A DNA stretch of 50,729 nt from an uncultured Erysipelotrichaceae bacterium (GCA_902803285.1 CADCPC010000069.1:1-50729); one strand, 5' to 3'. Positions 11,611 through 22,132 are shown, counted from the stretch's first letter. Numbers and translations are program-made. Notes: generated by a model from the sequence alone, not told the origin.

Positions 11611-12732
11611 TGCGTTTCTTTTGGATAGCGACTTGAATCTCAATGATTCGCGCTTATGAATATTAACGAGTTGAGAATAATAAAGTTGTCTCATACCCAT
11701 GTACCTAGCTTTTTCTTCTTCGCCTATATTATTTAAGAATAAAGTAGTAAAGACTCTTTCAATACGGAAGAAAGATTCATACAAATTCAAAAGAGTAACA
11801 TAATAAAAATATTCTTTATTGGAATAAATAAGTAATGGAGTGCTATGAAGTATCTCACTACTAGTCATATATAAATTGCTATATTGATGAAGACCAGCAA
11901 GAGTTTCTAAGCCATCTCTAAAATTAAGTTTAAAGGTAGGAAGTGGCTCCTTTTCTTCGATTGCAACTAGCCATCCATATTCAATAAATTTCTTCATGTC
12001 CTTGCTCTTGAGGTTTAGTTTTGTCATTTCATCCTTAATTTCCACAAAGACACTATCAACTTCTTCAGCGCTCCCTAAAGCGTTCTTATAAGCTAGCCCA
12101 TATCTCATATGCTTGAGATAAGCATTGATTGCAAGATCACCATATTTATCTAGCAAGATAAGCGTACATTCACATTCGTGAAGTGTTCTCCACATTGCAA
12201 ATGCTCCAGTTTCATATCCTTCACAAAGCATGTTAATTATACTTTGAGAAATGGATAATGATTTATTTAATAAATCAACAATTAAAGTTGTTTTAGGATT
12301 GTTTCTTGCATATCTCGAATTGACGATATTTTGCATAAGGTTGATATATAAACTAATTGAAGAGACCGGAGGAAGATATTCATTAATCAATGTGTTTTCG
12401 TGATGCTTAAATAAAGATAAGGATAAATACTTATCTGCGGCAACACTTGCCATCGATTCTTTTATCTTTTCATTGCCTAAGAACTTTTTAAGATCGTCTT
12501 CGTTAAGAGTAGAAGTTGAATATAAATATTCGCCCAAAATGTAAGAAACAATTTTGTAAGAATCAATAGAAAAACTATTTTCGCGATTTTGAAGTTTTAA
12601 TAGTTCAGCAATCGCATCAAAAGCACCATCATAAATTTCATAGATATAATCTATATTGATGGCCATTGAATTATTGCTATTTAAGACTTCTAACGCCCTA
12701 ACGCATTCTTCTTTGTTTAGTTTTCTATTCAT
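11605..12732 (-). CDS. Hypothetical 375-aa protein with no family assignable by eye, translationally coupled to addA
   Basis: Long ORF. ATG 12732 overlaps the addA stop by 8 nt (ATGAATAG). Followed by a strong terminator. Confidence 0.6.
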   Translation of the reverse strand: MNRKLNKEECVRALEVLNSNNSMAINIDYIYEIYDGAFDAIAELLKLQNRENSFSIDSYKIVSYILGEYLYSTSTLNEDDLKKFLGNEKIKESMASVAADKYLSLSLFKHHENTLINEYLPPVSSISLYINLMQNIVNSRYARNNPKTTLIVDLLNKSLSISQSIINMLCEGYETGAFAMWRTLHECECTLILLDKYGDLAINAYLKHMRYGLAYKNALGSAEEVDSVFVEIKDEMTKLNLKSKDMKKFIEYGWLVAIEEKEPLPTFKLNFRDGLETLAGLHQYSNLYMTSSEILHSTPLLIYSNKEYFYYVTLLNLYESFFRIERVFTTLFLNNIGEEEKARYMGMRQLYYSQLVNIHKRESLRFKSLSKRNAK

Positions 12733-15700
12733 CAATAACCTCTCTAATTTCTCCGGTAATAGCGGCAATTAAATACATCTTAATTGGGAGCTTAGTAATT
12801 TGAGAAACATATCTTTTATATGTTCTTAGTTGTTTATCATACTCTTCATCAGCGATGTTTTTCAATTTAAAGTCAACAATATCTATTTCATTATCCTTGA
12901 TAATAAGAGCGTCAATATATCCTTCAATATTATTGGTTTCATCGAAGAAGCGGAATTCATGTCTAACCTGAGAATTTTTAATTTCTTTAAATAAAACCGA
13001 GTCTTTAACATTTGCGACATATCTCCTGATTCTTTTATCGGAAATATAACTTAAGTCATCGTTTTCAAGATTCATAGTTTGTAGATATGAATGGACTTCA
13101 CTACCGAAATCAAGAACCGATTCATTAACTATTTCATCCACTTCTTTGCTCGCACGGCTATGAATTATTTCTTTAGCAGGAATACTGATTGATTTAATAA
13201 CAATTGGAGGGACTTCCTTGTTATTATTCTTGTCTTTGGCAGTTAAATCATTGAGGGAATAAGTGGAATCATAGTTACTCATATGACTGGATAAAGATAA
13301 TAACTTAGATAATGAATTTGTTTCATATCCAAATAACTTATTACTGCCCTTATCATTTTCTCCATCAATGATAATTATCTTTTCTCTACATCTCGTAATC
13401 GCTACATAAAGTAGTCTAATCTTTTCTGCAAAATCTAATTTCTTTTCTTCGATCTTAGTAAGCGTATTAACAATGGAAGGGGAATTATTAACTACTAAAG
13501 GTAATGAGATGCCGTATCTATCAGAAATTAGGAAAGCCCCACTATCATCGCGTTTAAATTCTTTTCTTAATCCCGGGAAATAAGTAATTGGATATTCAAG
13601 ACCCTTTGATCCGTGAATCGTAATTAAAGTTACAGAATCCTCTGGATTATCTTGGTCGCGATAGTCAACATCTAAATCAGTAGCTTCCATGTCAACAAAA
13701 TATTGGACAAAGTCTTTTAATGTATATCCTAAAGCATCCATATCAGAAGCGATGGATAGTAGTTGTTCTAATTTATGAGCGTTTGCATAATAATTAGCGA
13801 TTTTGCTGATGTGCTCATAAATATGATATTGAGAATATAGCCACTCAAGAATTGATTTTATAGAAGCAAACCTTAATGACTCTTTTTTAAGTTCCATTTG
13901 TTGTACAAATGGTTCCGTAAGTTCTTGCTTGTTTGAGACAATTTGATGGAGTTTATCATCTTTATAATTAAATACAAAGCTTCTCGCTACCGACATAAAG
14001 GCTTTGCGATATTCAACATCGTATTGGTTGTTTAAAGAAATATAAAGCATTTTCACTAAATTCTTTACTAATACTGCGATATCACTATTGAATAATTTTT
14101 CTTTCCCTTTGGCGTTAAGTGGAATTCCTCGTTTTGAAAATATTTGTTGGAAAGTATAGAAGAAAGCAGTTCGATCAACAATAATTGCAAAATCTTTATA
14201 TGTACAAGGTCTGAACTCCTTCTTTTTATCATCGTAAATTTCATACTTCTCATGTATCTTTTTTAAAATATCAGAAGCGATGATGTTACCTTCTTTATGA
14301 GGCATTTCTGCTGCTTTCTCGTATGAATAACGATAAACTTCAGGTTTATAAGCAGTTTCGTCTTTGTGTTTATCATAAACCTTTAGACCACGTTTAAATG
14401 TATGTCCATTTGAATAATCAATAGGATTATAAGCTTTGATCATTAAATCGCCAAAAACATCATTAACAAAGTCCACAACTTCTTGTCTAGAACGATAAGA
14501 TGTATTCAAATCAATTTCCTGACCGCCATTATGTTTTTTGTATTGTTCGTATTTTTCCTGGAACAATGTACATTCAGCGCCTCTAAATCTATAAATAGAT
14601 TGTTTGATATCACCAACCATATAGACGTTATTGTTTGAAATCTTTGAAATTACGTAGTCTTGGATATCGTTGGTGTCCTGATATTCGTCAATCATGATGT
14701 ATTTAAATGAGCCCGCAATTTCATTGACGATGTCCTTATTGTCTAATAGTTTAATTACAAATCTTGAGATATCGCTGAAGCTATATGCACGCTTTTCTTG
14801 TTTGAACTCATCTAACTGTTTTTCAACATTGATTGCTAAATCACAAATTTTAGTGATGAAAGGTTTGGTTTCTTCAAATTGCGCTTTGATATCGGCAGTC
14901 GATCCAAAGTCGCCTTCTCTAGAACCTTTTTTAATCTTTATATAGTCACTGTAAATGCCAGAAAGTTCCGCTCTTAACTGTTTATCAGGATGCTCTTCTC
15001 CCTTTTTGGTTTTAAGTTTTGGGAAGTCTTCTTCAATTTGAGCACGCAACTCATCAAGATTCTTACTTCCTAATAATTTGTCAATGAAGTCCAAGACTTC
15101 AATTTGATATTCAGAATCAACAAGGCCATTTGCTTTGTCTTTCATGATTTTCAAAACTTCTAACTTATTGTTAAAGAGCTCATTGATAAGAGAATCGATA
15201 TGTTCATCGCTAAAATAGTTTTTAGCTAGTTTTTCTATATATTCGTATTGATTAATTTTTCCATTGGCTTTCTTTAATAATTCGATAACCATCTTCTTTA
15301 CTCTATCATTACTCTTAATAGAGTATTGGCTGATAAGAGCAACTAATTCAGGATTATTTTCATTCGCTTCATTCTCAAATAATTCATCCAAAATATTTTG
15401 CCTTTTAATTGTTAAAATAGAGTTATCGACAATTGAAATATCCTTTGATATGCCTAACACATAGAAATACTTCTTAACTAAATACAAGGAGAAGCTATCA
15501 AATGTTTCGATATGTGCATTATCAACTTCGCTAGCAAGATGTTTGGTGGCTTCATCATCAAAAAGAAGGTTTCTAGTTCTATCTTTCATCTCACTAGCAG
15601 CAAGATTTGTGAATGTTAAAACAAGGAAGTTATCAAGAGTGTTCTGTTCTTTCGCTAATTGATAAATTCTTTCTGTTAACACAGAGGTTTTGCCACTTCC

Positions 15701-15793
15701 TGCTCCAGCAGAAACAAGGGTGTTTTCACCAACAGCATCAATGGCTTTTAATTGATCATCAGAAAAGTTTCTACTGTAGATTCTGTTTTCCAT
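12725..15793 (-). CDS. addA: ATP-dependent helicase/nuclease AddA (UvrD/PcrA-like helicase plus C-terminal RecB-type nuclease)
   Basis: Walker A 'SAGAGSGKTSVL', 'MIDEYQDTN', and C-terminal PD-(D/E)XK 'GYIDALIIKDNEIDIVDFKLK'. ATG 15793 is preceded by GGAGGG; the track start at 15802 is GTG. Confidence 0.85.
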   Translation of the reverse strand: MENRIYSRNFSDDQLKAIDAVGENTLVSAGAGSGKTSVLTERIYQLAKEQNTLDNFLVLTFTNLAASEMKDRTRNLLFDDEATKHLASEVDNAHIETFDSFSLYLVKKYFYVLGISKDISIVDNSILTIKRQNILDELFENEANENNPELVALISQYSIKSNDRVKKMVIELLKKANGKINQYEYIEKLAKNYFSDEHIDSLINELFNNKLEVLKIMKDKANGLVDSEYQIEVLDFIDKLLGSKNLDELRAQIEEDFPKLKTKKGEEHPDKQLRAELSGIYSDYIKIKKGSREGDFGSTADIKAQFEETKPFITKICDLAINVEKQLDEFKQEKRAYSFSDISRFVIKLLDNKDIVNEIAGSFKYIMIDEYQDTNDIQDYVISKISNNNVYMVGDIKQSIYRFRGAECTLFQEKYEQYKKHNGGQEIDLNTSYRSRQEVVDFVNDVFGDLMIKAYNPIDYSNGHTFKRGLKVYDKHKDETAYKPEVYRYSYEKAAEMPHKEGNIIASDILKKIHEKYEIYDDKKKEFRPCTYKDFAIIVDRTAFFYTFQQIFSKRGIPLNAKGKEKLFNSDIAVLVKNLVKMLYISLNNQYDVEYRKAFMSVARSFVFNYKDDKLHQIVSNKQELTEPFVQQMELKKESLRFASIKSILEWLYSQYHIYEHISKIANYYANAHKLEQLLSIASDMDALGYTLKDFVQYFVDMEATDLDVDYRDQDNPEDSVTLITIHGSKGLEYPITYFPGLRKEFKRDDSGAFLISDRYGISLPLVVNNSPSIVNTLTKIEEKKLDFAEKIRLLYVAITRCREKIIIIDGENDKGSNKLFGYETNSLSKLLSLSSHMSNYDSTYSLNDLTAKDKNNNKEVPPIVIKSISIPAKEIIHSRASKEVDEIVNESVLDFGSEVHSYLQTMNLENDDLSYISDKRIRRYVANVKDSVLFKEIKNSQVRHEFRFFDETNNIEGYIDALIIKDNEIDIVDFKLKNIADEEYDKQLRTYKRYVSQITKLPIKMYLIAAITGEIREVIDE

Positions 15794-18104
15794 CTTCTTC
15801 ACCCTCCTCTTCTACTATTTCGCGATAAAAAGAATCTCTCTTGTGACAAATTTCTTTCATGTCGCAATATGTGCAAGCATTATTGTTTTCACTGATGAAA
15901 ATTGGGGAAATCTGGTAATTCCCTTTTGCCATTTCAGAGATTGCATTATTATATAGTTTTTCAGCAATATCAATATAACCTTCAAATTCATTTTTTGAAG
16001 TTAATCCACTTCTGGCGGTAAGAGTATCTTTTTTAGCGTTATATCCTAAACCTTTAATAAACTGAGAATCGCCATCAGCAATCGTTGGATCTAATAAAGT
16101 AGCCGCTGATAAATCGTTTAATGTTTTGCCGTTTAATTTAAGGTGCTCAGGAATTAAATCATCTTCACCTTGTTTTGTTTTATATTCGTCTAAAATAACG
16201 TTATTGATATAGACACCTAGAGGTTCTAAATTCTCAAACCTCTTATCCTTTTTAATTAATAACATGTAAGTAGGGAGTTGAGTAGATAAACCAAGTGCTA
16301 ATTCCTTATCATCAAACTTCTTTTTGCCAGTCTTATAATCGATACAAACAAAATACTTATCATCGATAGTAATTAAGCAATCAATCGTGCCTTTGATAAT
16401 AACATTTTTAGTTATAGGATATTCTAATTTTTCTTCCTCATACACCTTATGGTTTTTAATTCTTTTTTCCCTTTCCTTAATTGCGTCGACCGCAGCCTTG
16501 ATTTGTTTCTTTAAATTTGTGAAAAAAATTATTTTTTCTGGACTTTTGACTGAATATTTAGAAATTTCTGCCTCATAAGCAACGTCAAAATCAAAATTTG
16601 GTTCTCGACAAATTTCAAACATTTTATGTGCTACTTTTCCAATTACAATAAAGTCTGTTTCTTCTGATTCATCAAGCTTCAGAATTCTTTCTACATAATA
16701 TTTATATGGGCAGTTATTGAAATTGTCTAATTGAGTGGTTGATAGATCATATTTTTCATCCCTACCAAATACTTCAACTGTACCACTAAATGAAGGGTCA
16801 TAATCGTTATATTCAATCTTTACTACATTCTCTAACTTTTTATAATTGTCGCCTTGTTCTTTATAGAAGTAATTAAGATCACTGAGGTTAGCAAATTGTA
16901 GTTTTAATACTTCGCTAGAATAATAGACATCATCTAAATCAACGTGTTTAGCATTTATTTTATTTCTTGCGATTAAAGGGGATGGGAAAAATGATTCTTT
17001 GAAACTCTTTTTTGAATAAGAGCATATCACTTCATTTTCAGAAAAGAGTAAATCCAAACATGCTAGTTCATCAACCTTCGTTTTTTGTTTATCTGTTAAC
17101 CTATTAATTGATGTTAATTCTTCGTTGTTTAAATACTTATCATCCTTATATCTTTTTGGGAATTGACCTTGTGTAAAACCAATTACAAAAATATATTTTT
17201 TGCTGCTACCTATAGGTAAGTCTGTTACTTCAACGGCGTTATCATATCTTATCGAAGAAAGTCTTCTTTCTTTGATTCTATTAAAGAGGTAGTCTCTTTG
17301 ATGTTCGAAATCGAATCCTTTAACAATATTATTGCTAATGAGTTCGTTAACTTCTTCATATAAAGGATCATCTTTCATGATTTCTTTTAATTGAGTTAAG
17401 GAACCATTGATATCTTTACTTGCATCATAAAGATTAAAAAACTCTTTAATCGCACCCAAAGACATGTAGGAATCTTTGTTTTTCAAGTTAAGCTTATAAC
17501 CGAACATTGGTGAAAATTTCGCTAAATAGTAATCATATGATTCGTTTCTAGAACAAATAATAATATCTTTAATTGAAACACCACTATCAAGTAATGACGC
17601 AATTCTATTTAGCACAAAATATACTTCATCTTCCATTTTGGAAAATTCATAGAAGTTATTTGGATTAACATCTTTATTGTTTGTGTGATAAGTTGCCTTG
17701 ATATTTAAAGCACTCAAAATATGATTTAATTCAGCATCTTCTTTGTAATATCCATATACATCTGCAGTAGCATCTTTATATATGGATGAAGTGAGAAGAT
17801 CGGCTAGTAAGCCGTGTTTTATCAATTCATCTTTTAAGGCAATAATCTTTTTGATTTTGGAGTCATTTTTATTGCTTTCGTTGCTTTCTATATAAGGGAC
17901 AAACTCTAAAAGCATATTAGCAACTTCGTAGCTATATTCCTTTTCTTTCATAAGATAGATGAAAGCTTCTTCCTTAACGAGAGGATATACATATTTTGCT
18001 AATTCGTTTTTGCTGATCAAAATAGCATCACAAAAAGGATCGCTACCCCTTAGAGTAGATAAAAGGTATTTGTGACTATGTCTGGGCGCTATTATGATGT
18101 GCAT
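15771..18104 (-). CDS. addB: AddB/RexB-like nuclease subunit (short form, 777 aa) with Fe-S cysteines
   Basis: 'GTIDCLITIDDKYFVCIDYKTGKK' nuclease motif. Cys set 'NNCPYKYY' plus 'ACTYCDMKEIC' (C...CX2CX5C). Immediately upstream of and overlapping addA. Confidence 0.75.
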   Translation of the reverse strand: MHIIIAPRHSHKYLLSTLRGSDPFCDAILISKNELAKYVYPLVKEEAFIYLMKEKEYSYEVANMLLEFVPYIESNESNKNDSKIKKIIALKDELIKHGLLADLLTSSIYKDATADVYGYYKEDAELNHILSALNIKATYHTNNKDVNPNNFYEFSKMEDEVYFVLNRIASLLDSGVSIKDIIICSRNESYDYYLAKFSPMFGYKLNLKNKDSYMSLGAIKEFFNLYDASKDINGSLTQLKEIMKDDPLYEEVNELISNNIVKGFDFEHQRDYLFNRIKERRLSSIRYDNAVEVTDLPIGSSKKYIFVIGFTQGQFPKRYKDDKYLNNEELTSINRLTDKQKTKVDELACLDLLFSENEVICSYSKKSFKESFFPSPLIARNKINAKHVDLDDVYYSSEVLKLQFANLSDLNYFYKEQGDNYKKLENVVKIEYNDYDPSFSGTVEVFGRDEKYDLSTTQLDNFNNCPYKYYVERILKLDESEETDFIVIGKVAHKMFEICREPNFDFDVAYEAEISKYSVKSPEKIIFFTNLKKQIKAAVDAIKEREKRIKNHKVYEEEKLEYPITKNVIIKGTIDCLITIDDKYFVCIDYKTGKKKFDDKELALGLSTQLPTYMLLIKKDKRFENLEPLGVYINNVILDEYKTKQGEDDLIPEHLKLNGKTLNDLSAATLLDPTIADGDSQFIKGLGYNAKKDTLTARSGLTSKNEFEGYIDIAEKLYNNAISEMAKGNYQISPIFISENNNACTYCDMKEICHKRDSFYREIVEEEGEEDGKQNLQ

Positions 18105-18112
18105 TATAATTA

Positions 18113-19588
18113 TTATTTATATAATCTTGTTATTTCGACAGCTTTCTTCCATCCTTTATAACGGACATCAGCTTCTTCTCTAGTCATTAATGGGCGATAA
18201 TTCTTTTGGGATTCATGAATAGATTTAATGTGATCTAAATTAGTAAAGAATCCAGAAGATAGTCCTGCCAAATAAGCAGCTCCTAAGGCTGTAGTTTGTA
18301 AACATTTTGGTAAAGATATCTCTGTATCTAAGATATCGCTTTGGAACTGCATTAAATAACCATTAGCAGTTGCACCACCATCAACTTTTAAATGTGATAA
18401 ATTGAAGTGTGATTCTTGTTTCATGACTTCAAAGACATCACGACATTGGTAAGCAATTGCTTCTAGTGATGCTCTAACAATATGTTTGTTAGAAGAGCTT
18501 CTGGTTAAGCCAAAGATTGCCCCTCTAGCATCATCATCCCAATATGGTGTGCCTAATCCAGTGAAGGCAGGAACAACATATACACCATGTGTATCATGAC
18601 ATTCTTTAGCCATTTTTTCACTATCTGCTGAATGCTCAATTAAATGCATTTCATCTCTTAACCATTGGACAACAGCTCCACCAATAAAGACAGAACCTTC
18701 AAGCGCATAAACGACTTGGTCGCCAATTTGCCATCCAATAGTAGTTAATAATCCTGATTTTGAAAGGGTGATTTTATCACCGATGTTCATCAACATAAAG
18801 CAACCAGTGCCGTATGTGTTTTTGCTTTCGCCAACTTCAAAACATGTTTGTCCAAATAATGCTGCTTGTTGGTCGCCAGCAACACCATGAATACGAATGC
18901 CTTTAGCAAAGAATGATGCTTCGCCAAAATCAAATGAAGAAGGATACACTTTTGGAAGCATGCTCATTGGAACACCAAACATATCGCATAATTCTTTATC
19001 CCATTTAAGGGTACGAATATTGAAAAGCATAGTTCTAGAAGCGTTACTGACATCGGTAGCGTGTACTTTGCCTTCAGTCATACGATAAATGAGCCAAGAA
19101 TCAATTGTGCCGAATAGCAATTGACCTTTCTTTGCTCTTTCATATGCTCCAGGAACATTTTGCAAGATGAATTTAATTTTACTAGCAGAGAAATAAGGAT
19201 TGATTAATAGGCCAGTTCTTTCGTGGATAAATTCCTTTTTGTCTTCATAATGGTCACATATAGAAGCGGATTGACGTGATTGCCAGACAATTGCAGGACA
19301 AATAGGAAGTCCCGTCTTTTTATCCCATATAACCGTAGTTTCTCTTTGGTTAGTAATACCGATGGAATCAATATTTTTCCAAGTGATATTTTGATTAACT
19401 AAAACTTCATTAACGACATTGATAACGCTAATCCAGATTGCTAAAGCGTCAACTTCTACCCAGCCAGAACGAGGGAACGAACACTTAACTTCCTTTTGAG
19501 CGATGTTAACATCGTTACCATTTCTATCAATTAAGATAGCTCTTGAACTTGTGGTTCCTTGGTCAATTGATAAAATGTACTTTTCCAT
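18113..19588 (-). CDS. glpK: Glycerol kinase
   Basis: 'YILSIDQGTTSSRAIL', 'GITNQRETTVIWD' and 'DGGATAN'. 491 aa. Confidence 0.95.
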   Translation of the reverse strand: MEKYILSIDQGTTSSRAILIDRNGNDVNIAQKEVKCSFPRSGWVEVDALAIWISVINVVNEVLVNQNITWKNIDSIGITNQRETTVIWDKKTGLPICPAIVWQSRQSASICDHYEDKKEFIHERTGLLINPYFSASKIKFILQNVPGAYERAKKGQLLFGTIDSWLIYRMTEGKVHATDVSNASRTMLFNIRTLKWDKELCDMFGVPMSMLPKVYPSSFDFGEASFFAKGIRIHGVAGDQQAALFGQTCFEVGESKNTYGTGCFMLMNIGDKITLSKSGLLTTIGWQIGDQVVYALEGSVFIGGAVVQWLRDEMHLIEHSADSEKMAKECHDTHGVYVVPAFTGLGTPYWDDDARGAIFGLTRSSSNKHIVRASLEAIAYQCRDVFEVMKQESHFNLSHLKVDGGATANGYLMQFQSDILDTEISLPKCLQTTALGAAYLAGLSSGFFTNLDHIKSIHESQKNYRPLMTREEADVRYKGWKKAVEITRLYK

Positions 19589-20856
19589 TATAAGCTCCTT
19601 TTCTTGCTAAGCATTTTTTCAATTTCTGAAATTTCTTTTTTGATACCTTTAGATAAACATTCAGATCCATTTTCAGTAACTAAAACATCATCTTCAATTC
19701 TGACACCTACTCCTTTTTCTACAAAGTAGAGTCCTGGTTCAACTGTAATGACATTGCCTGGAACAAGAACTGTATCTCTTCCACCAACATCATGTGTGTC
19801 TAAGCCTAAATGATGAGAAACATTATGGATATAGTACTTTTTAATATCTTCATCTTCTCTCATTAAGCCATATTTGACAGCTTCTCTTTTAAGCACTTCC
19901 ATGGCTTTTTCTTGAAGATCTTTAATAGATAAACCTGGCTTCACATAACTAATCACTTCTTTATTACAGGTCAAGACTGCTTGATATATTTTCTTTTGTT
20001 CTTCAGAGAATGTGCCATTGATTGGGAAAGTTCTAGATATATCAGCGCAATATCCTTTATATTTGTAACCTAAGTCAAAGAGAATTAATTCTCCTGCTTC
20101 GATCATTTTCTCTTGTTGAGAAATTGGGTGATGCATAATAGTTGCGTCTTTTCCAGCAGCACAGATGGTTTCAAAAGCAAGACTTCTTCTGCCATGTGTT
20201 TTGCCATAGTATTCAAACCTATCACTTAATTCATGTTCTGCCATTCCGATGTGCATATTAACAAGAAGATCATTAATTCCTAGGTTTGTGCAGTTAATTG
20301 CCTCAATTAAGTTATTAACTTCTAATTGGCTTTTCACCATTCGAAGTTTAGTAATTAATGGGTAAATATTTTTGATATTTAAATGTGGGTATTTTTCTAA
20401 GAACTCATTTTGAATGAGTTGTGTTGAACAATTTGTTTTTACTTTAATTTCATCAGATAAATCTAGATATAGATTAGAGATTTTGCCGTATGCTGGTTGA
20501 ACTGCTGATAACATCATTTCAAGCATATTCTCCAAATTAGAATTGCTATATACATTATCAATTTGAGATATCAAACTAGCTTCTTCGAAAGTTAGCCTTT
20601 TGCCAGTCCATCTTTCTTTGAGCTCATTATAGTCATCTAGAAACAAATAGACTTTTCTCTCGCCAAGGCTCTTTAGTAATACTAAAACAGAATTCTCTTG
20701 TTCAATACCGGTCAAATAAAAGAAATGCCTGTTTGCATAGAAAGGATATAAGTCATCTTCACTTCTAATCTTACTTACACCAGAATAGATAATCGCTACA
20801 GAATTATCTTCCAAAGAATCAATTAGATTCTCTCTTCTTAAATCAAATTCTTCCAT
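19588..20856 (-). CDS. pepP: Xaa-Pro aminopeptidase (M24B family)
   Basis: Pita-bread metal ligand blocks 'FDLGYKYKGYCADISRTF', 'HNVSHHLGLDTHD', 'TVEPGLY' and 'RIEDDVLVT'. Confidence 0.8.
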   Translation of the reverse strand: MEEFDLRRENLIDSLEDNSVAIIYSGVSKIRSEDDLYPFYANRHFFYLTGIEQENSVLVLLKSLGERKVYLFLDDYNELKERWTGKRLTFEEASLISQIDNVYSNSNLENMLEMMLSAVQPAYGKISNLYLDLSDEIKVKTNCSTQLIQNEFLEKYPHLNIKNIYPLITKLRMVKSQLEVNNLIEAINCTNLGINDLLVNMHIGMAEHELSDRFEYYGKTHGRRSLAFETICAAGKDATIMHHPISQQEKMIEAGELILFDLGYKYKGYCADISRTFPINGTFSEEQKKIYQAVLTCNKEVISYVKPGLSIKDLQEKAMEVLKREAVKYGLMREDEDIKKYYIHNVSHHLGLDTHDVGGRDTVLVPGNVITVEPGLYFVEKGVGVRIEDDVLVTENGSECLSKGIKKEISEIEKMLSKKRSL

Positions 20857-20857
20857 A

Positions 20858-21688
20858 TTATAGTTGAGCCTCCACTTTCTCGACTATGGAATCAAATTCA
20901 TCTAATTCAATGGATTCGACTTCTCCATGGTCAACTTTACTAACGTTTTCACTAACAATAGGTAATCTACCTAAAATATCAAAATTAAGCTTTGTGGCAA
21001 ATTCATCTAGATGTGATTCGCCAAATACAGAAATCTTTTCATCGCATTTTGGACATTTGACATAAGACATATTTTCAACAACACCTAAAACATTGATTTT
21101 CATCATTCTTGCCATCTTAATAGCTTTTGTAACAACTAATGAGACTAAATCTTGAGGAGATGTGACGATAATTAAATCATCAATCGGTAATGATTGGAAA
21201 CTAGTTAAAGCAATGTCGCCTGTTCCTGGTGGCATATCGATAAGTAAGAAATCTAAATCTTCCCATAAAACATCTTCAAAGAATTGTTTGACTAAATTGC
21301 CAAGTAAGCTACCTCTCCAAATGATTGGTTCGCTTTCATCTTCTAATAGAAGATTAGCTGACATAATATCGATGCCGGTTTTGCTTTTAGCAGGATAGAT
21401 AATGTTATCTTCTCCATATGCTTTCTCTGTAATACCAAAGGCTTTAGGAATACTTGGTCCAGTAACGTCAGCATCTAAAATGCCAACTCTATAGCCTTTT
21501 CTTTGAAGTTTTACCGCTAAAAGAGAAGTTACAAAAGACTTGCCAACTCCACCTTTTCCTGAGAGGATAGCAACCACTCTTTTAACTCTTGATCTCTCGT
21601 TTAGTTTGCTTTTGACAATGCCATTGCCTTTTGAGCTACAGCTTGATGCGGTAGCACAGCTATCGCAATTTCCATCACATGATGCCAT
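20858..21688 (-). CDS. mrp: Mrp/NBP35/ApbC-family Fe-S cluster carrier ATPase with Cys-rich N-terminus
   Basis: Deviant Walker A 'SGKGGVGKS', 'CPKCDEK' CXXC, and N-terminal 'CDGNCDSCATASSC'. Confidence 0.85.
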   Translation of the reverse strand: MASCDGNCDSCATASSCSSKGNGIVKSKLNERSRVKRVVAILSGKGGVGKSFVTSLLAVKLQRKGYRVGILDADVTGPSIPKAFGITEKAYGEDNIIYPAKSKTGIDIMSANLLLEDESEPIIWRGSLLGNLVKQFFEDVLWEDLDFLLIDMPPGTGDIALTSFQSLPIDDLIIVTSPQDLVSLVVTKAIKMARMMKINVLGVVENMSYVKCPKCDEKISVFGESHLDEFATKLNFDILGRLPIVSENVSKVDHGEVESIELDEFDSIVEKVEAQL

Positions 21689-21692
21689 AAAT

Positions 21693-22082
21693 TTAATCTC
21701 CTATTTCAACAAATTCGCATTCGTTTAATACGTTGATTGCGCTATTAAGGTAAGTTCTTAGCAATCTACCTGCTCCTAATTGAACTCCGCCATAATATCT
21801 AACAACGATCACTGCGACATTATTTAAGTTTTTCTTATTGAGCAATTCCAAAATTGGTCTACCACCAGTACCTTTTGGCTCTTTATCGTCACAAGATTTG
21901 CTGTTTACACCGATACGATAAGCATAGACAACATGCCTTGCTTTTGGGTTGTCTTTTCTAATAGCCTCGAGTTGTTTTTTGAATTCATCAACACTTTTAA
22001 CAGGAAGAGCGATCGCATAAAATTTGCTCTTCATATTTTCAAGTAAAAAGGTCTTAGATTCTTTGATTGTCAATTCTGTCAT
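21693..22082 (-). CDS. YigZ/IMPACT-family N-terminal domain protein (UPF0029), short form
   Basis: 'ARHVVYAYRIG...DDKEPKGTGGRPIL...VVRYYGGVQLGAGRLLRTY' matches the IMPACT-N pattern. Only 129 aa. Confidence 0.6.
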   Translation of the reverse strand: MTELTIKESKTFLLENMKSKFYAIALPVKSVDEFKKQLEAIRKDNPKARHVVYAYRIGVNSKSCDDKEPKGTGGRPILELLNKKNLNNVAVIVVRYYGGVQLGAGRLLRTYLNSAINVLNECEFVEIGD

Positions 22083-22132
22083 ACTATAAGTAAAACTACA
22101 ATTCGTCTATAAATTAGTGTATTATTTTTCGT

